Positions 39,701-52,720 of a stretch of DNA of 64,000 bases are shown in pieces. Positions within the stretch are counted from its first letter, which is position 1. Every line of letters starts with the position of its first letter. The translations under genes were made by a program, and so were the position numbers. Source of the DNA: Octopus vulgaris (Eukaryota); NCBI GenBank assembly GCA_951406725.2, contig OX597820.1:109554001-109618000 (forward strand). Reading direction: 5' to 3'. The notes below the pieces were generated by a model, which was not told where the DNA came from, did not search any database, and was given only the letters and a program-made list of their open reading frames with translations.

Positions 39701-42700
39701 TATAATATAGTGATGATGAAATAAACAGTGACAAAGAAATATATATTTGAATAAAAACTATAGATAAAATTGGATGTAAACAAATACGAATGAATGACAA
39801 AATGCAAAAAATATAAAAAGATATATAATGAAATCTACGGTGAAAAAAACTTTTAAATGATAAAATATAATAATCTTAATTTACAAAGTAATAGTTAGAG
39901 CGTTATAATAACGTAAAAAAATATTGTAAAACAAATATTGTAAAAAATATTTATGTTTAATCTACTGTTGTATAACATGGTCATAATTCGAGCTAAGTTC
40001 TGCTTAACACCTCAAAGCTCAGCAAAAATATCTACATTCCCACATACTTGCTGCTTCTTTTAAACTATTGCTTAATTAGCATATTAACTTAATAGTAACG
40101 ATGGTGCAGGAAATAAATAGATGCATTATGGGAGTATTACTTTCTTTTATTTCTTATTATTCCCACCCTTTGTTCACACTCACCGCACTACTATACCTAC
40201 CCACATCGAATGGTAAGTTAATTTAAACTAATACGTTCATATTAAATAATAGTAGTAGTAACATTACGTACAAATTAAATTTATTTCTTTATTTTAGGGT
40301 TGGACGTTATTAATTAAACACTTCAGTTTATATTTACATTTTATTTTTCTTTCCTCCTGAGCATTAAGTTTTGGTCCATAATATTTCCATGAATTCATGG
40401 GTACATAACAGACATAACCTATTCTCAATTCTATACGATTTAGTTTTACTTATTATATTCCACTTTAATTCATATTTGATTTCTTTCAACTTTAACCTCC
40501 AAATGTATTTACTTAATCTTGTCGATTTCATTAGTTTCTTATTTTTAAATGAATTCATATGCTGTGCTATTCGTTGTTTAATTTTATTCGATGTTGACCC
40601 AATATACGTTCTATCTGGATAACTTTCAATATCTGTATTATTTATTTTGCTTTTTTCATTTCCATCTACATTTACAGAAACCACACATTTATATACTACA
40701 TCCATTACATTACATCTACCTTTAAATTTACAGTGGTTTTTATCCCTACAATTGCAACTTTTAAGGTCTCCAACCCTCCTATTAAGATGCTTATTTAATT
40801 TATCGTAGTAATATTTATTCAACCTATGCTTATTTAGTGATGAGATGATGTTCTCTACATTGTTAGTAGTAGAATATCCCACTCGTATATTATTTTTAGA
40901 GAATATGTCCATATATTTTTTGTTTTCCATAATAAATGATTCTATTGTTTTAGTGATTTCTTTTATAATATTACTTTTAACTTGAGTCCCATATGGGACT
41001 ATCAACCATATTTTATTTTTATTTATGTTTATATTATCCCTCGTATCTTTATTTACATAAATATTGTTATTATCTTCTATATTATTTAAAGTTTGGTCTG
41101 AATTATAGTTTTCGTTTAATTTTAAATACTTCCCCATTAATTCAATCCTATCCTTATTTTTTATTCCATTTGTATTTTTTGTGTTGTATCAGCTTCTTGA
41201 ATTCAATAAAATTACAATGTGTTGTCCTATAATGACTATTATACTTATTATTTTAATTTTAATTTTTATTTCTATTCCTGTCTACATTTTCTTTTATGTT
41301 TTTCGCTATATTAACATTATTTAGGTTGTTTACGTTTTTGTATTTTGTGTAATTGTTACTATTTTTATTCTTATTATAGAATTTAATTTCCTTGTATCCA
41401 GCCTTCCTTAATGCTTCCTTGTAGTAGTCTCATAATTCGAAGAGGGCATTGGAATTCTTTTCCCAATGTTATCTATCAAAGTTTTCTTTATCGAAGAGGT
41501 GGTGGTGGTTACTGTATGCGTTTATGTATTTCAAGTTTTCATTAAATTTATGGAAAGGTTGTATCATCCCAGTTGCAATATTCAAATTTGCATATAGAAA
41601 ATTTACATTATAATGTCCATTATAAATTGTAGTTTCTAAACCGTAACTTTTAAAGAAACTGTATAATTTCTTTGTATAATTTTCTAGAGTTCTTTTCGTA
41701 TAATTCTTTGTTATCAATAGCAAATCATCTCTATATAAGCCCCCTTCTGTTTTTAAATTTTCTAATTTTAATTTGGAAAGTAAGTAGATCCCAACTAGGT
41801 TGGTTACCTGTGCTGAGTCCGGTGCTCCCATAAGTACATCAAAGTACTCCCTTGTGTCCTTTCTAGCCCATAATTTATTATTGTATTTTATGAGTGATTT
41901 CCTTGCCGTTTGGACTACCTTAATTTCCTCTATCGTCATTCCTATTTTATTTTTGGCATACATCAAGGTGTTATTCAACACTATCTCATTTATCGATGCA
42001 TAATAATTATCAATATCTATTTGTATAAACTTATATTCCTTACTGTTTTTAATATTTTTAAACCATTGCAATGTTTCCATTGTACTACCCCATAATTTTA
42101 GGTGTTCTAAATTATTTAATTTATTTATATATTTGTCTAATATTATTTTACTTAATTTACCTAAATCCAACTTACATGGGCATATCAGTTGGACTTTAGG
42201 GTCTGCATAGAAATTATCCTTATGGTCTTTTAAAGTTATCTTTGGGTGCAACGGCACATAAGGTTCTGTTTTTTTATCTAGTTCATAATTGGTCATTATT
42301 TCTTTATAACTCTTATTTATTTTCTCTAAAGTATTATTTTGAACTTTTTTATATTTTTTATTGATTTCTCTCTCTAGTAAGCTATCATATGTTTCTATAT
42401 CTAATTAATATAAATTTCTAGTTTTATCAGATTGTACGAAGATTCCTTCTGTATTTCTCAGTCCTTTTATTTTAATAGCTAAGTTTTTAAGATAATTATT
42501 ATGCCTGTTCGGGTATTTATAAAATTCTATATTTTTTACTATTTCCCAAATTTTGTCTTCTAAGTTTTGCATTTCTTTATTATACGATGGTTCTTTTCTA
42601 GATACTAATAATTTTATTATTGTCTGTATTATTTATGTCTAAAGTATTTTTCTTATTGAGAATAATTCAATTTATTTGAATCCCTGTGATGCCAGAATTT

Positions 42701-42711
42701 TTATTCCCTAA

Positions 42712-42715
<4 letters not shown>
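39700..42715 (-). mobile_element. YRDD-type (possibly Nematis-like) PLE with long RT and GIY-YIG ORF pieces
   Basis: ORF 41469-42296: KDHKDNF, DIDNYYASI, MGAPDSA, GLYRDD. ORF 40364-41137: CNCRDKNHC..VVYKC..TYIGSTS..R..QH..CLLC..E. Short inverted terminal segment at 42650-42715. Confidence 0.9.
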
Positions 42716-42762
<47 letters not shown>

Positions 42763-42999
42763 ATCTGTATGAGTTAGAAGAAACTATCTAAGGTATATTG
42801 AATATCCAATATACTACTGGATGTGTACCTATGTATTTTCAACTGAGTGCTTACTATTGCATGACAATATTAAATAATAGTTGTGGGTGGGGGTAAATTG
42901 AAGATTTACCCAGGATTTATAAGGCAAATAATAAAATGGAGAGGATATAAAATTGACAAACATCAGCCAGTAAAGATTCCATTACATCTATGTATTAAA

Positions 43000-44170
43000 T
43001 TCTAGTGACAAATGCAGATATAAGAAAGGAAAAATGAATAACATAAGAATTCTCAAGTAGGCACCCATCATCATCTCCATAAATAGTGATAATGTCAGTA
43101 TTATTTAATAATAAAAGTTACTGCCCTAATAATAACAATAGACGAAGGAACAATAACCCTAATCTTATGAACATAGGAAATGATACTGTCTGGCTAATAA
43201 ACCATATGCTATGCAAATTAAAAAGAACTTGGTAAAAACACTCTTTAAACTAATCAACAAATACTTTATGAGAGGAAAAAATAAATACTGGGAAACCATC
43301 AATAGTAAAACAGTAATAATAGGTTATAAGCCCGACGCATAACCTGGCTACTATCATTTCCTCCATAAATAATTAAAAAAATTGATATCTTGAAAAATAA
43401 CAACAATACACACATTAATAACAACAATCTTAGTAATAACATTAATAATAACACCAGTCATAACAATAGTAATGATACCACACCTAATGATACCCCTAAT
43501 ATGCATAATAACTGTGCAAGTGTAGACCCCACACAACAGTATAGGCCTTGTGATTGTAGAAATAGAAATAATTGTGTCTTGAGTAATAATTGAAATAGAA
43601 AGGAAATAGTCTACCAGTGTGTAGTGAGTGCTCAGTCGAGTAATAAGGTATATGTGGGAGCCACCCAAAACCATATAAAACAGGATTAATCATCATCTGC
43701 ATACCTTCAGAAACAGGAATAAGAGGAACTCAACTGGTTTAAGTAACTATAGGACCACAATGATGAAGGTATTAGCTATAACCCACACTGGAAGATCCTA
43801 GGAATAGGAAATGCATGTTATGTGTAAATGAAATACTTTATATACTTAAGGCTGATTTTCCTCTAATTAACAGTTATAAAGAGAGAAATGGGTTTTGCCT
43901 TTATCAGGCTAGACACACTTTCTCTAAATACCATTAATATTTACCATTACGAGTGCTAGAACCTCTTTAGATAATAATAATAATAATAATAATAACAATA
44001 TTTTCCCTAATATCAACACAATATAAATTGATTGCCATCCTCTCCTAATGTCACTCATAATTATGTGGTCCACCCTTTCCCTATATATGTGATTATTAAC
44101 ACCCTCTAATTATTCCACATACTCGATTTACCTTATATATTACGTTCTTTATAAATATACACCTTACTAG
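43000..44170 (+). mobile_element. Decayed PLE linker and GIY-YIG fragment (related subfamily)
   Basis: VWLI.PY, CDCRNRNNC..IVYQC..VYVGAT; frameshifts. Confidence 0.8.
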
Positions 44171-44259
44171 TGTGTATGTAAGGGTGAGTGTATGTGTATA
44201 CATGTATGTGTGCATGAGTGTATATGTATGTATAGATGTGTGTGTGTGTGTATGTATAC

Positions 44260-46760
44260 ATCATCATCATCATCATCATTTAGCGTCCGTTTTCCATGCT
44301 AGCATGGGTTGGACGGTTTAACTGGGGTCTGTGAAGCCGGAAGGATTCATCAGGCCCAGTCAGATTTGGCAGTGTTTCTACGGCTGGATGCCCTTCCTAA
44401 CACCAACCACTCCGTGAGTGTAGTGGGTGCTTTTTACGTGCCACCTGCACAGGTGCCAGACAGAGCTGGCAAACGGCCACGAACGGATGGTGTTTTACGT
44501 GCCACCGGCACGGGGGCCAGGCGAGGCTGGCAACGGACACGAACGGATGGTGCTTTTACGTGCTACCCTGTCAAAGGCTTTCTCCATGTCAACAAAAGCC
44601 AGGTACAGGGGCTTATCTTTGGCTAGGTATTTCTCCTGCAGCTGTCTTACCAGGAATATAGCATCAGTAGTACTTCTCCCTGGCACGAAACCAAACTGCA
44701 TCTCATCTAAGCTAATTCTCTCTCTAATTAGTTGGGCTATAACCCTCTCCGTAACCTTCATTACCTGATCCAGCAGCTTGATACCCCTGTAGTTATTTGT
44801 ATCTAGGGCGTCACCTTTACCTTTGTAGCAGTTGACTATTATGCTGCTACACCAGTCATTGGGTATGACTCCTTCGTGTATCACCTGGTTAACTATACAG
44901 GTGAGTAGGCTATAGCCGACACTACCAGATATTTTGAGCATCTCTGCAGTAATACCTGATGGACCTGGGGCTTTCCCTGTTTTCATGCCTGTAATTGCCT
45001 TAACTACTAAGGAACTGTCAACTCGGATTGCTGGTCCCTCTGTTGGGTCAACATTCGGCAGACTCTCTTTATCCCATTCATTTTCTTCATTCAGCAACCT
45101 TTCATAGTGGCGTCTCCAAACCTCTCTCTTTGCATCCTCATTTAGCGCAAGTGAACCGTCATCCTTGCGAACACATTTCTCTCCTACCATGTCACGATTC
45201 TCTCTCACACACTGTCTTGCAACATGAAATACCTCAAGTCTTTCATCCTCGCGGCGCAGGACATTGGCAATTTTTTTCTTATCTGCTTCCCCTCTGGCTA
45301 AATACACCTGCCTCCTAGCTTCCCTTCTGGCAGTCTGATACACTTCCCTGCTACCACCATTCTTCCAGTCCTTCCAAGCCTGTTTCTTTTGTCTAATAGC
45401 CCTGTCAACAATATTGTTCCACCACCACGTTATTTTGGGTCTTGAGGGGACTTTGCACCAGCCACAGATCTGGTCAGTGGCTTTCAGCAGGTTGTCCCTT
45501 AGAAGCGTCAAGTTGTCTTCTACCCCATGTGTAGCTATACCCCCTTCTATTTCGTCAAAGGCTTCAAGTAACATCTCTCTAAATCTCTGTCCATTTGCAG
45601 GGTCTTTAAGCTTCCAGACCCTTCTTCTCCATGTTGGTCGTCTTCTAGTTGTCCTCTTAGTCCTGATCCTAAAGTCACTAACTACCAGTCTATGTTGTGG
45701 GGTACATTCTTCGCCTGGGAAGGTTTTGGCATTTATAAGCAGCCATCTTTCCCTTTTTCTGGCAAGGATGTAGTCGATTTGGCTAGTATGCCGGCCCGAT
45801 CGGTAGGTGACCAGGTGGCTTGTCGGTTTCCTGAAGTTAGTGTTGCAAACCATAAGACTATTCGCATCGCAGAACTCCAGCAGCCTGGTTCCCTCCTCGT
45901 TGCGGGAACCATAACCGTAGCCTCCATGTACGCCATGGAAGCCCCCAGCACATCGTCCAACATGCCCATTGAAGTCACCAGCCACAAAGAGAAGGTCCCT
46001 GTCGTTTGTCAATGAGGTGGTCTGCAGTAGGGTGTCATAGAAACAGTCTTTCTGTCCATCAGGTAGCCCTGGCTGAGGGGCATACGCCGATATAATAGTT
46101 GCTAAACTATGATGGAGCACTAATCTAATCTTAAGTATTCTGTCACATACTCTAACTACCTCGATTACCTTATCTACCCATTTTTCGGCGATAAGCATGC
46201 CCACACCCCCGACCCCATCAGTATTCCCAGCCCAGAAAATCTTGTACCTCTGTCCTTTGCCTGTGAGGAACCTAGCAGAACCTCCTCTCCACCTCACTTC
46301 TTGAATGCAGCATATATCAACACACCTCCGTTCAAGCAAGTCAACAATCTCACCAGATCTGCCTTTTAGTGTGCCAACGTTGAGGGTGCCAACCCTGACA
46401 GTATGGGTGGGGGTGGTATTGGCCCTAGTAGCGTCATGGACCTGAAAAGAAAACTCGCATTTGGCAGGATTCATAGACAAACAATAAAACTCAAGTTCAA
46501 ACCGCATACACAACACTAAACATATCTTGCAATGAATGACCACTACCTTTTATGGAAGGAGGTGGGGGTGGCGTAAGACTTTGAAGTGTATCTTGCAATG
46601 AATGACCACTACCTTTTATAGTAGAGGGTGAGGGTGGCATAAGACTTTGAAGTGTACAAGGGAGACAAGGATGAGAAAATTTAGGACTTCCTGTACCGGT
46701 GGAGTGGGTGGGAGAGCGGGTGCACCGCGAAAACCAGCAGCCATTCCTTTCTTGGAGAGA
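44260..46760 (-). mobile_element. Young RTE LINE with RT core deleted
   Basis: (GAT)n tail at 44260, 3' UTR, junction near 44565, long ORF; 5' region similar to 60560-60800. Confidence 0.95.
44495..46543 (-). CDS. RTE ORF (682 aa): complete APE endonuclease, linker and RT N-terminus up to DMEKAFDRV
   Basis: Uninterrupted ORF with GTLNVGTL, CIQEVRW, AYAPQ, GDFNGH, SQIDYI, QHRLV; lacks QGS and YADD. Confidence 0.85.
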   Translation of the reverse strand: MVIHCKICLVLCMRFELEFYCLSMNPAKCEFSFQVHDATRANTTPTHTVRVGTLNVGTLKGRSGEIVDLLERRCVDICCIQEVRWRGGSARFLTGKGQRYKIFWAGNTDGVGGVGMLIAEKWVDKVIEVVRVCDRILKIRLVLHHSLATIISAYAPQPGLPDGQKDCFYDTLLQTTSLTNDRDLLFVAGDFNGHVGRCAGGFHGVHGGYGYGSRNEEGTRLLEFCDANSLMVCNTNFRKPTSHLVTYRSGRHTSQIDYILARKRERWLLINAKTFPGEECTPQHRLVVSDFRIRTKRTTRRRPTWRRRVWKLKDPANGQRFREMLLEAFDEIEGGIATHGVEDNLTLLRDNLLKATDQICGWCKVPSRPKITWWWNNIVDRAIRQKKQAWKDWKNGGSREVYQTARREARRQVYLARGEADKKKIANVLRREDERLEVFHVARQCVRENRDMVGEKCVRKDDGSLALNEDAKREVWRRHYERLLNEENEWDKESLPNVDPTEGPAIRVDSSLVVKAITGMKTGKAPGPSGITAEMLKISGSVGYSLLTCIVNQVIHEGVIPNDWCSSIIVNCYKGKGDALDTNNYRGIKLLDQVMKVTERVIAQLIRERISLDEMQFGFVPGRSTTDAIFLVRQLQEKYLAKDKPLYLAFVDMEKAFDRVARKSTIRSCPLPASPGPRAGGT

Positions 46761-47841
46761 AATAGTTATTAGTAGGTATAAATACCTAAATTTGAGAGAG
46801 AGATATTTTGCCTAATCTATGGGAGAAGCGTGAGCGATAAAGAACTATAAATTATAAATACATTTATTCTATATCTAACGAGACGTGAGGTATACATAGA
46901 TATAAATATTCAATTACACTGGTTTTTCCTTGGGATGTTACTCCATATTCTTCTTAACATAAATCTCTGCATATATTTTAAACACTCATTAGGAATATAT
47001 CTGTGTGTCTGGATGTGTATAACTACTAGTACTTGTATGCCTAGGTGAATTAAAATACATCTAACATCTACACTACACGTATATCCCATCATCCCCACAT
47101 AAGCCAGGATAAACTCCGTTGTAACTATAATTACTCCATATGGTTACGAAGTTACAATCTTTACAACTTAACCTGATACAGTTATAATTATAATACAACA
47201 TATGGTTATTTACGCTCCCTAAGTTATACCGTAACATAAATACTTTCTGCTTATATCCAGAATTGATAACAATCTCAACCTTACTTTTAGTGTCTATGAA
47301 TGGTTTACACGCTAGTTTTGCAATACACAGTTACCCCACTTCAACTATAGTCTACAAGCCTAAATATTAACTCAGACATGTACACATGAACCGTGTATTT
47401 CGGACTTTACTCGTAAGCTTGAAATTAGTACTCACAACGTAATAACACTCCACAAAAACTATTCTAGTATTTGTCTTAGCTACGCATCTTAGTACAGTAA
47501 TATACTATCAGACTACTCTCCTATGATGGAATCTATTAGTGTCTGTTTATAATCATTTACTTTTTAACTAATTGCTTCTACCTCCATGACTCTCATACAG
47601 ATAATTACTTGTTGATTGCAAGTGTATCTCTGATATAACTAAATAAAATGCTACTCACATACCTGTAAATACTTTCCATAGCCCACAAGATCCTATTTGG
47701 ATCTTTTCCTTTTGATCGGCAGGTCAATAAATACATTTTTTTTTAACTAAACACTTTCAAACTTTGGATACTGGTAGAATGTGTTGTAAACGAAATGAAA
47801 GCAATGCAAAGAGAGTGAGTGTCAAAGAGTATGGTAAATAT

Positions 47842-49657
47842 CAAACCTGGGTACCAAACCGTAAATCCATTAATTGTTAATTAACAAACGATTTAACTTT
47901 AAAGTTAACTTTGGAACTCATTATTGGACTAATTAACTTCCATTATATTTAATTCTTTAAAAATGTAATGGAAGTTATCGATAAACAGTTAATGTTAATT
48001 TTTACTTTAGAAAAAAACAAAAAATCAGTTTTTGCTCTAAAAACACCTTTAAAAGTGTCAAAACTATAGAATCAACCTTTTTTTTTGCCTTTAGAACCCC
48101 AAAACCTTTTTTTTTTTTTTGCTTTAGAGTTAAAAATGTTGATTTTGTAGTTTTAACTTTTAAAAGACCTGAAAATATGCTGATTTCATAGTTTTGGCCT
48201 TTAGGTTTTTAAAGGCTTTTAGAGCCAGAAAAGGGTAAAAAGAGTGTTGACAATAAAAGAGTGTAGTGTTCAAGAGGCCCTACAGGGCTGTCATGGCCAA
48301 GGCACATTACCTTTGGAACCAGCAAGATCGCAGCACTATGGCAGCTGACGTGGGGAGGAGGCTGGTTGTCCCTGGCATAATGAGGTGGAACTCCATCTAT
48401 GACTGTGGTGACCCTCAACACCCTCCTGGAGACTAAGAGGCCTGTTCTCCATAGAGTCATGACCCAGTTGAAGGTCAACAGCTTCAATGACCAGGGTGTC
48501 GACTTAATGAAGGAGTATGTTTAGGTAATAAATTAATAATAAAATAATATTATATTATTATATAATATAATATACCTTGGGACTCTGCTGCCAATAGTTG
48601 CTGCGATGATCTTTAGGTTCAAGGACTCGAAGGCCTCATCTACTGCAGCCCATTGGTCAATGCACTTTTGGTAGGCATCAACAAAAGGTTTAGGACCCAC
48701 CCGGACAATGAGGAATGCCAGCTGGCTGTTACCTTCCACCCCAGGTTTTGCATCATCTGGTTGCATAAGTATGACAACACCAATGTTGTCAAGGTGAGGA
48801 AAGCATGAAGAGTAAGGTCGATGAGACCATGAGGCAGCAGTCTGACAAAGTGAGCCACAGGTCACTCAAGGACAAGGCCCAGAATTTGGTCAAGACCTGG
48901 CTGGAGACCAACTCCAAAGACTTGCTGACAGATGTTGCTTTCTTAGGTGAGCAAGTGTTGGTGAATTTGTTTGTCAAGTTCAACACAGCCTTCCTCTCCA
49001 GTGCTGCAGTAGAGCATTTGTTCTCTATGGGCAAGACATTTTGAAAGCCAAGAGATCGTTCCATTCTGATGAAAACTTTGATAGGCTAATTTTCATGAGG
49101 GGTAACATGCATCTCATAAACAAAATGGAGAATGAGAAGAAGAGGAAAAATTATGTATACATCATGTTTTTCACTTTTTCTATTTTTATTTTGTTTTTAT
49201 GGCCATTTTATCAATAAACTTTTTTAGCTTAATAGTAATATTGTGTTTCACTTGAGTTTTTTTTTTTTTACACTTTTCTGATCCTAAAAGCCTTTAAAAA
49301 CCTTTTTTAAAAAGCCCAAAACTATGAAATCAGCCTGTTTTAGGTCTTTTAAACATTAAAACTATAAAATCAGCATTTTTTAAACTGTAATGCAAACCAA
49401 AAATACTATAGTTTTGGGGTTCTAAAGCCCTTTAAAAAGCCAAAAAGACTGATTTTATAGTTTTGGCACTTTTTAAAGGTGTTTTTAGGTGGTTTTAGAG
49501 CAGAAACTGATTCCTTTGTTTTTTCTGTAATAAAAATTAACGCTAATGGTTTATTGATTACTTCTGTTACATTTTTAAAGAATTAACCGATTAATGGTAT
49601 CGGAGTTAACTTAATGGTTAACAAAGTTAACTTTTCGATTAATGGTGCCCACCTTTG
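47842..49657 (+). mobile_element. hAT DNA transposon, internally deleted
   Basis: 8-bp TSD GTAAATAT (47834-47841 and 49658-49665); 15-bp imperfect TIRs CAAACCTGGGTACCA / TGGTGCCCACCTTTG; long subterminal inverted repeats; dimerisation-domain motif FNTAFLSSAAVEHLFS..KR..SDENFD.L. Confidence 0.92.
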
Positions 49658-50380
49658 GTAAATATATATAGAGAGATACATTGGTGGTGAAAAATAAAGA
49701 GTGGGAAAGTTGTCAGTCTAAAAGTTAAGTCATATCTTGTAGAAAATTATACTTTTCTACTATTATTTATGGATGGCCTTTTCTCTGGGACACAGATCTC
49801 AAAAATCACATCCATTTTTTTTGAGGATACAGTGTTTCAGAGCCTTTCTAGGCTAAACACACATACATAACCACATACACTTGCATTTATATATATGTGT
49901 GTATGTATCTCATAAACACTTTCTTTTTTCTTGTTATTGTCTCAGCTGAGAAACTAAATATATTTAACAACATATTAGTTATTGTTATTAACATCTTTGT
50001 CTTCATTTAATAATTGTGTAGTAATGTGTTACCTTGAAATACCCCTCTACAATGCCCAGAACTTAATGCTAACCAAACCAACATTCTAAAACAGTGGAAG
50101 GTGAAAAAAATTACTTTTTAGAATCTTAATACACATTGCTACGAGGATTTGAATACTTTTTCTATATTTCATGAAAATGAAAGTAATGTGAAACCAAACT
50201 AGAGCTAAATCCAAGTAATTGTGTTAGTTGTATATTAATGATGATATAAAGTTAAAAAATATTTTTATGTTAGGCTACAATAATGAAGAATAAATCATTA
50301 AAAGTGAAATAAGAACATAATTATAAATAACAGTATTGATATGATTTACCATAAAAACTTTATAAATGTTATGTTTTCAG

Positions 50381-50578
50381 AATTATGTTTGCAATTCACC
50401 TCAAGAATTAGTAAACGGAATTGATTTGTTGTCAATGAAAGACAACAGTACTTCGCTTCTTTCAAGCTCTCTAGAAGCAGAGCAAAGACTTTTGCGTGAA
50501 ATGGGTTGGAATGAAACTGAAGAAGAATATATCATAACAGAAGATGACAAGAAAGAATTTCAGAAGTTAACCAATCAA
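50381..50578 (+). CDS. GPBP1: Vasculin / GC-rich promoter-binding protein 1 family coding exon (phase 0 to 0)
   Basis: tgttttcag| acceptor and |gtaagt donor; 198 nt; LSSSLEAEQRLLREMGW..ITEDDKKEFQ resembles the conserved vasculin C-terminal motif of GPBP1/GPBP1L1 as recalled. Confidence 0.85.
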
Positions 50579-51141
50579 GTAAGTTAGATCACATTGACAA
50601 TTTTCCTAATAAGATTTTCTTTGCTTGTCCTGAGCCAGCATTTTCCCTTGATTAATTAGATATAAATCTGTGAGGAATTCTTACATTACTAATTTTATAA
50701 TGTGAAAAACAAGAATATGACTAATGTCAACTTACATGACTGCTGTAACCCATCATGTATTGGCACAGAAAACAGTTTCTTCAGTAGAAAACAATATAAA
50801 AATAAATAAAAAGTTATTTTAACAGTAGATATAGCCTGGATTATCCAGATCATATCTCATGGATCAGCAGAAAGGGAAAGTGTATGATGGCCACAATTTC
50901 AACCTGTTGGTTACATAGATCATAAAATTGTAATCTGCATGGTCAGTCCAGATTTCACTCATAGACAAGGATAATGCTGAACATGTCTTTCCTTGCATGT
51001 AGAGCCTACATGTAAAGCCATCTTGGCTGATGGAGATGAACACCAGTATCCCATGTGGTAGACTTGAGATATATCTTTTAACACAAAACTGGTTAAGCCA
51101 CAAATAATATATATATATGTATATATGTGTGTATGTATATA

Positions 51142-52362
51142 CTGAAGTGGTATCAAAAAGTTCCCAGACTAGTTATGTTTAATAAAAAATAACTTATTTA
51201 CCTAAGTTTTAACATCATCTTCTTTGGAATAGTCACCTTGCACGGCAATACATCCGTTCTGGCATTCTTGCCACTTTTGGAATCCAGCCTGGAAGTTGTT
51301 TTCCATAAGCGAGTCAAGGACTTGCGATTCACTCTGGATCTCGACAATGGTGTTAAAACAGCAACCTTTGAGCTAAATTTTCATCCTGGGGAAGAGATGG
51401 AAGTTCACAGGTGCTACATCTGGCAAATAGGGTGGATGCAGAAGCAATACCATATTGTTTTTGGTGAGAAACTCATGGGTAAGAAGATCTAGGTGACGGT
51501 GCATTGTCATCATGATGAATCCAGTTCTTCTTGCTCCACAGATCCGGTCGCTTTCACAGAATATCCTCCTACAAACACTTCAAAACATCACAGTAGAACT
51601 TTCGATTGATGGTCTGGCCCTGGAGGATGAATTCCCAATGCACAATACCACGAATGTCAAAAAAACAAAGAGCGTACTCTTGATTGAGCTATGGCTCTAT
51701 TGTGCCTTCTTCAGTCATGGAGAATGAAGGGCTTTTCCATTGTGATGACTGCTGTTTTGTCTCAGGGTCATACCTGTAGATCCAACTCTCATCACCAATG
51801 ATAATCCTTGACATGAAGGATAGGTCATCAGTGGCACACTGACAGAGATCTTGACAGACTTTGATGTAATGTTCTTTCTGCTCAAGGGTTAGCAGGTAGG
51901 GGACAAACTTACCAGACACACTACATGTTCAATCAAGATGTTTGGATTGCTTGCACTGACCCATATGACAGACCAACAACATCAGCAGTATCGCCGATTG
52001 TCCTCCGACAATCCTCATGCACAAGCTATGAATTTTCTCTACATATCTGGGGTGACATTCAAGACCGGTCTTCCAGGGACGTTCTTCCATTTTTGAAATG
52101 CCCGCTCAATGTCTCTGTAGCAGACTTCTCAAGTTGAACGCAAATTTTCACATTGGCTCATTGTTTCATGGCAAAATCACAGACTACAGCATACACATGA
52201 TCACAAAAACACAAATTTCACTACTTGCAGAGTAAGCACAGTGAGGTCACTCGGCATACTGCCTCATGAAGGTCACTGCTAGCTCTCACTGTGCTTTCAA
52301 CCATGTGTTACATCTATTGGCACATTATAGAACCAGTCCGGGAAATTTTTGATACCACTTTG
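51142..52362 (-). mobile_element. Full-length decayed mariner (about 1.22 kb)
   Basis: TIRs AAGTGGTATCAAAAAGTTCCCAGACTAGTT / AACCAGTCCGGGAAATTTTTGATACCACTT with TA flanks; KFVPYLLT, IGDESWIYRYDPE, HPPYLPDVAP. Confidence 0.92.
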
Positions 52363-52622
52363 TATTTATTTATATTTATATATATATTTATTAATAGTAG
52401 GGAATTTAAAATTCCAAGGCAACAGGGGAAAAACAAACTCAATTTAGTAATACTAAATCAAATTTCACAATATATTATATATATATATATAGAATTAAGA
52501 GACAGAACCTCCATCAAAGTAATTCAATTAATACTGAAAGATATTATCTATGATAAAATATAAATTTAAATATATTATTAATATTGTACTAAAAATTACT
52601 ATACTACATAATACACATTAAA

Positions 52623-52720
52623 TCGACAATGCGCGTTTCGTGACGGACAATATCAAACTTGATAATCTCAAAATTTAATATTAATTCGAACCAACGATAC
52701 TTAGCCACTCTTCAGGTTGA
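52623..52720 (-). ncRNA. Hammerhead ribozyme-like motif in PLE arm
   Basis: TCAAC|CTGAAGA|GTGGC..GTCAC|GAAAC-GCGC-ATT|GTCGA. Confidence 0.75.

Noticed and set aside
43591-43593. In-frame TGA at a conserved Cys of the PLE linker (possible selenocysteine, as reported for some PLE clades)
   Set aside because: The copy has nearby frameshifts and stops, related copies have Cys codons, and no SECIS was recognised; a TGY-to-TGA mutation is simpler
46523-46656. 66-bp tandem duplication in the RTE 5' region
   Set aside because: Real but single-copy in the sister element at 60630-60720; looks like a simple local duplication
48533-49064. Minus-strand ORFs in the GC-richer island
   Set aside because: Antisense shadows of the + strand hAT transposase remnant
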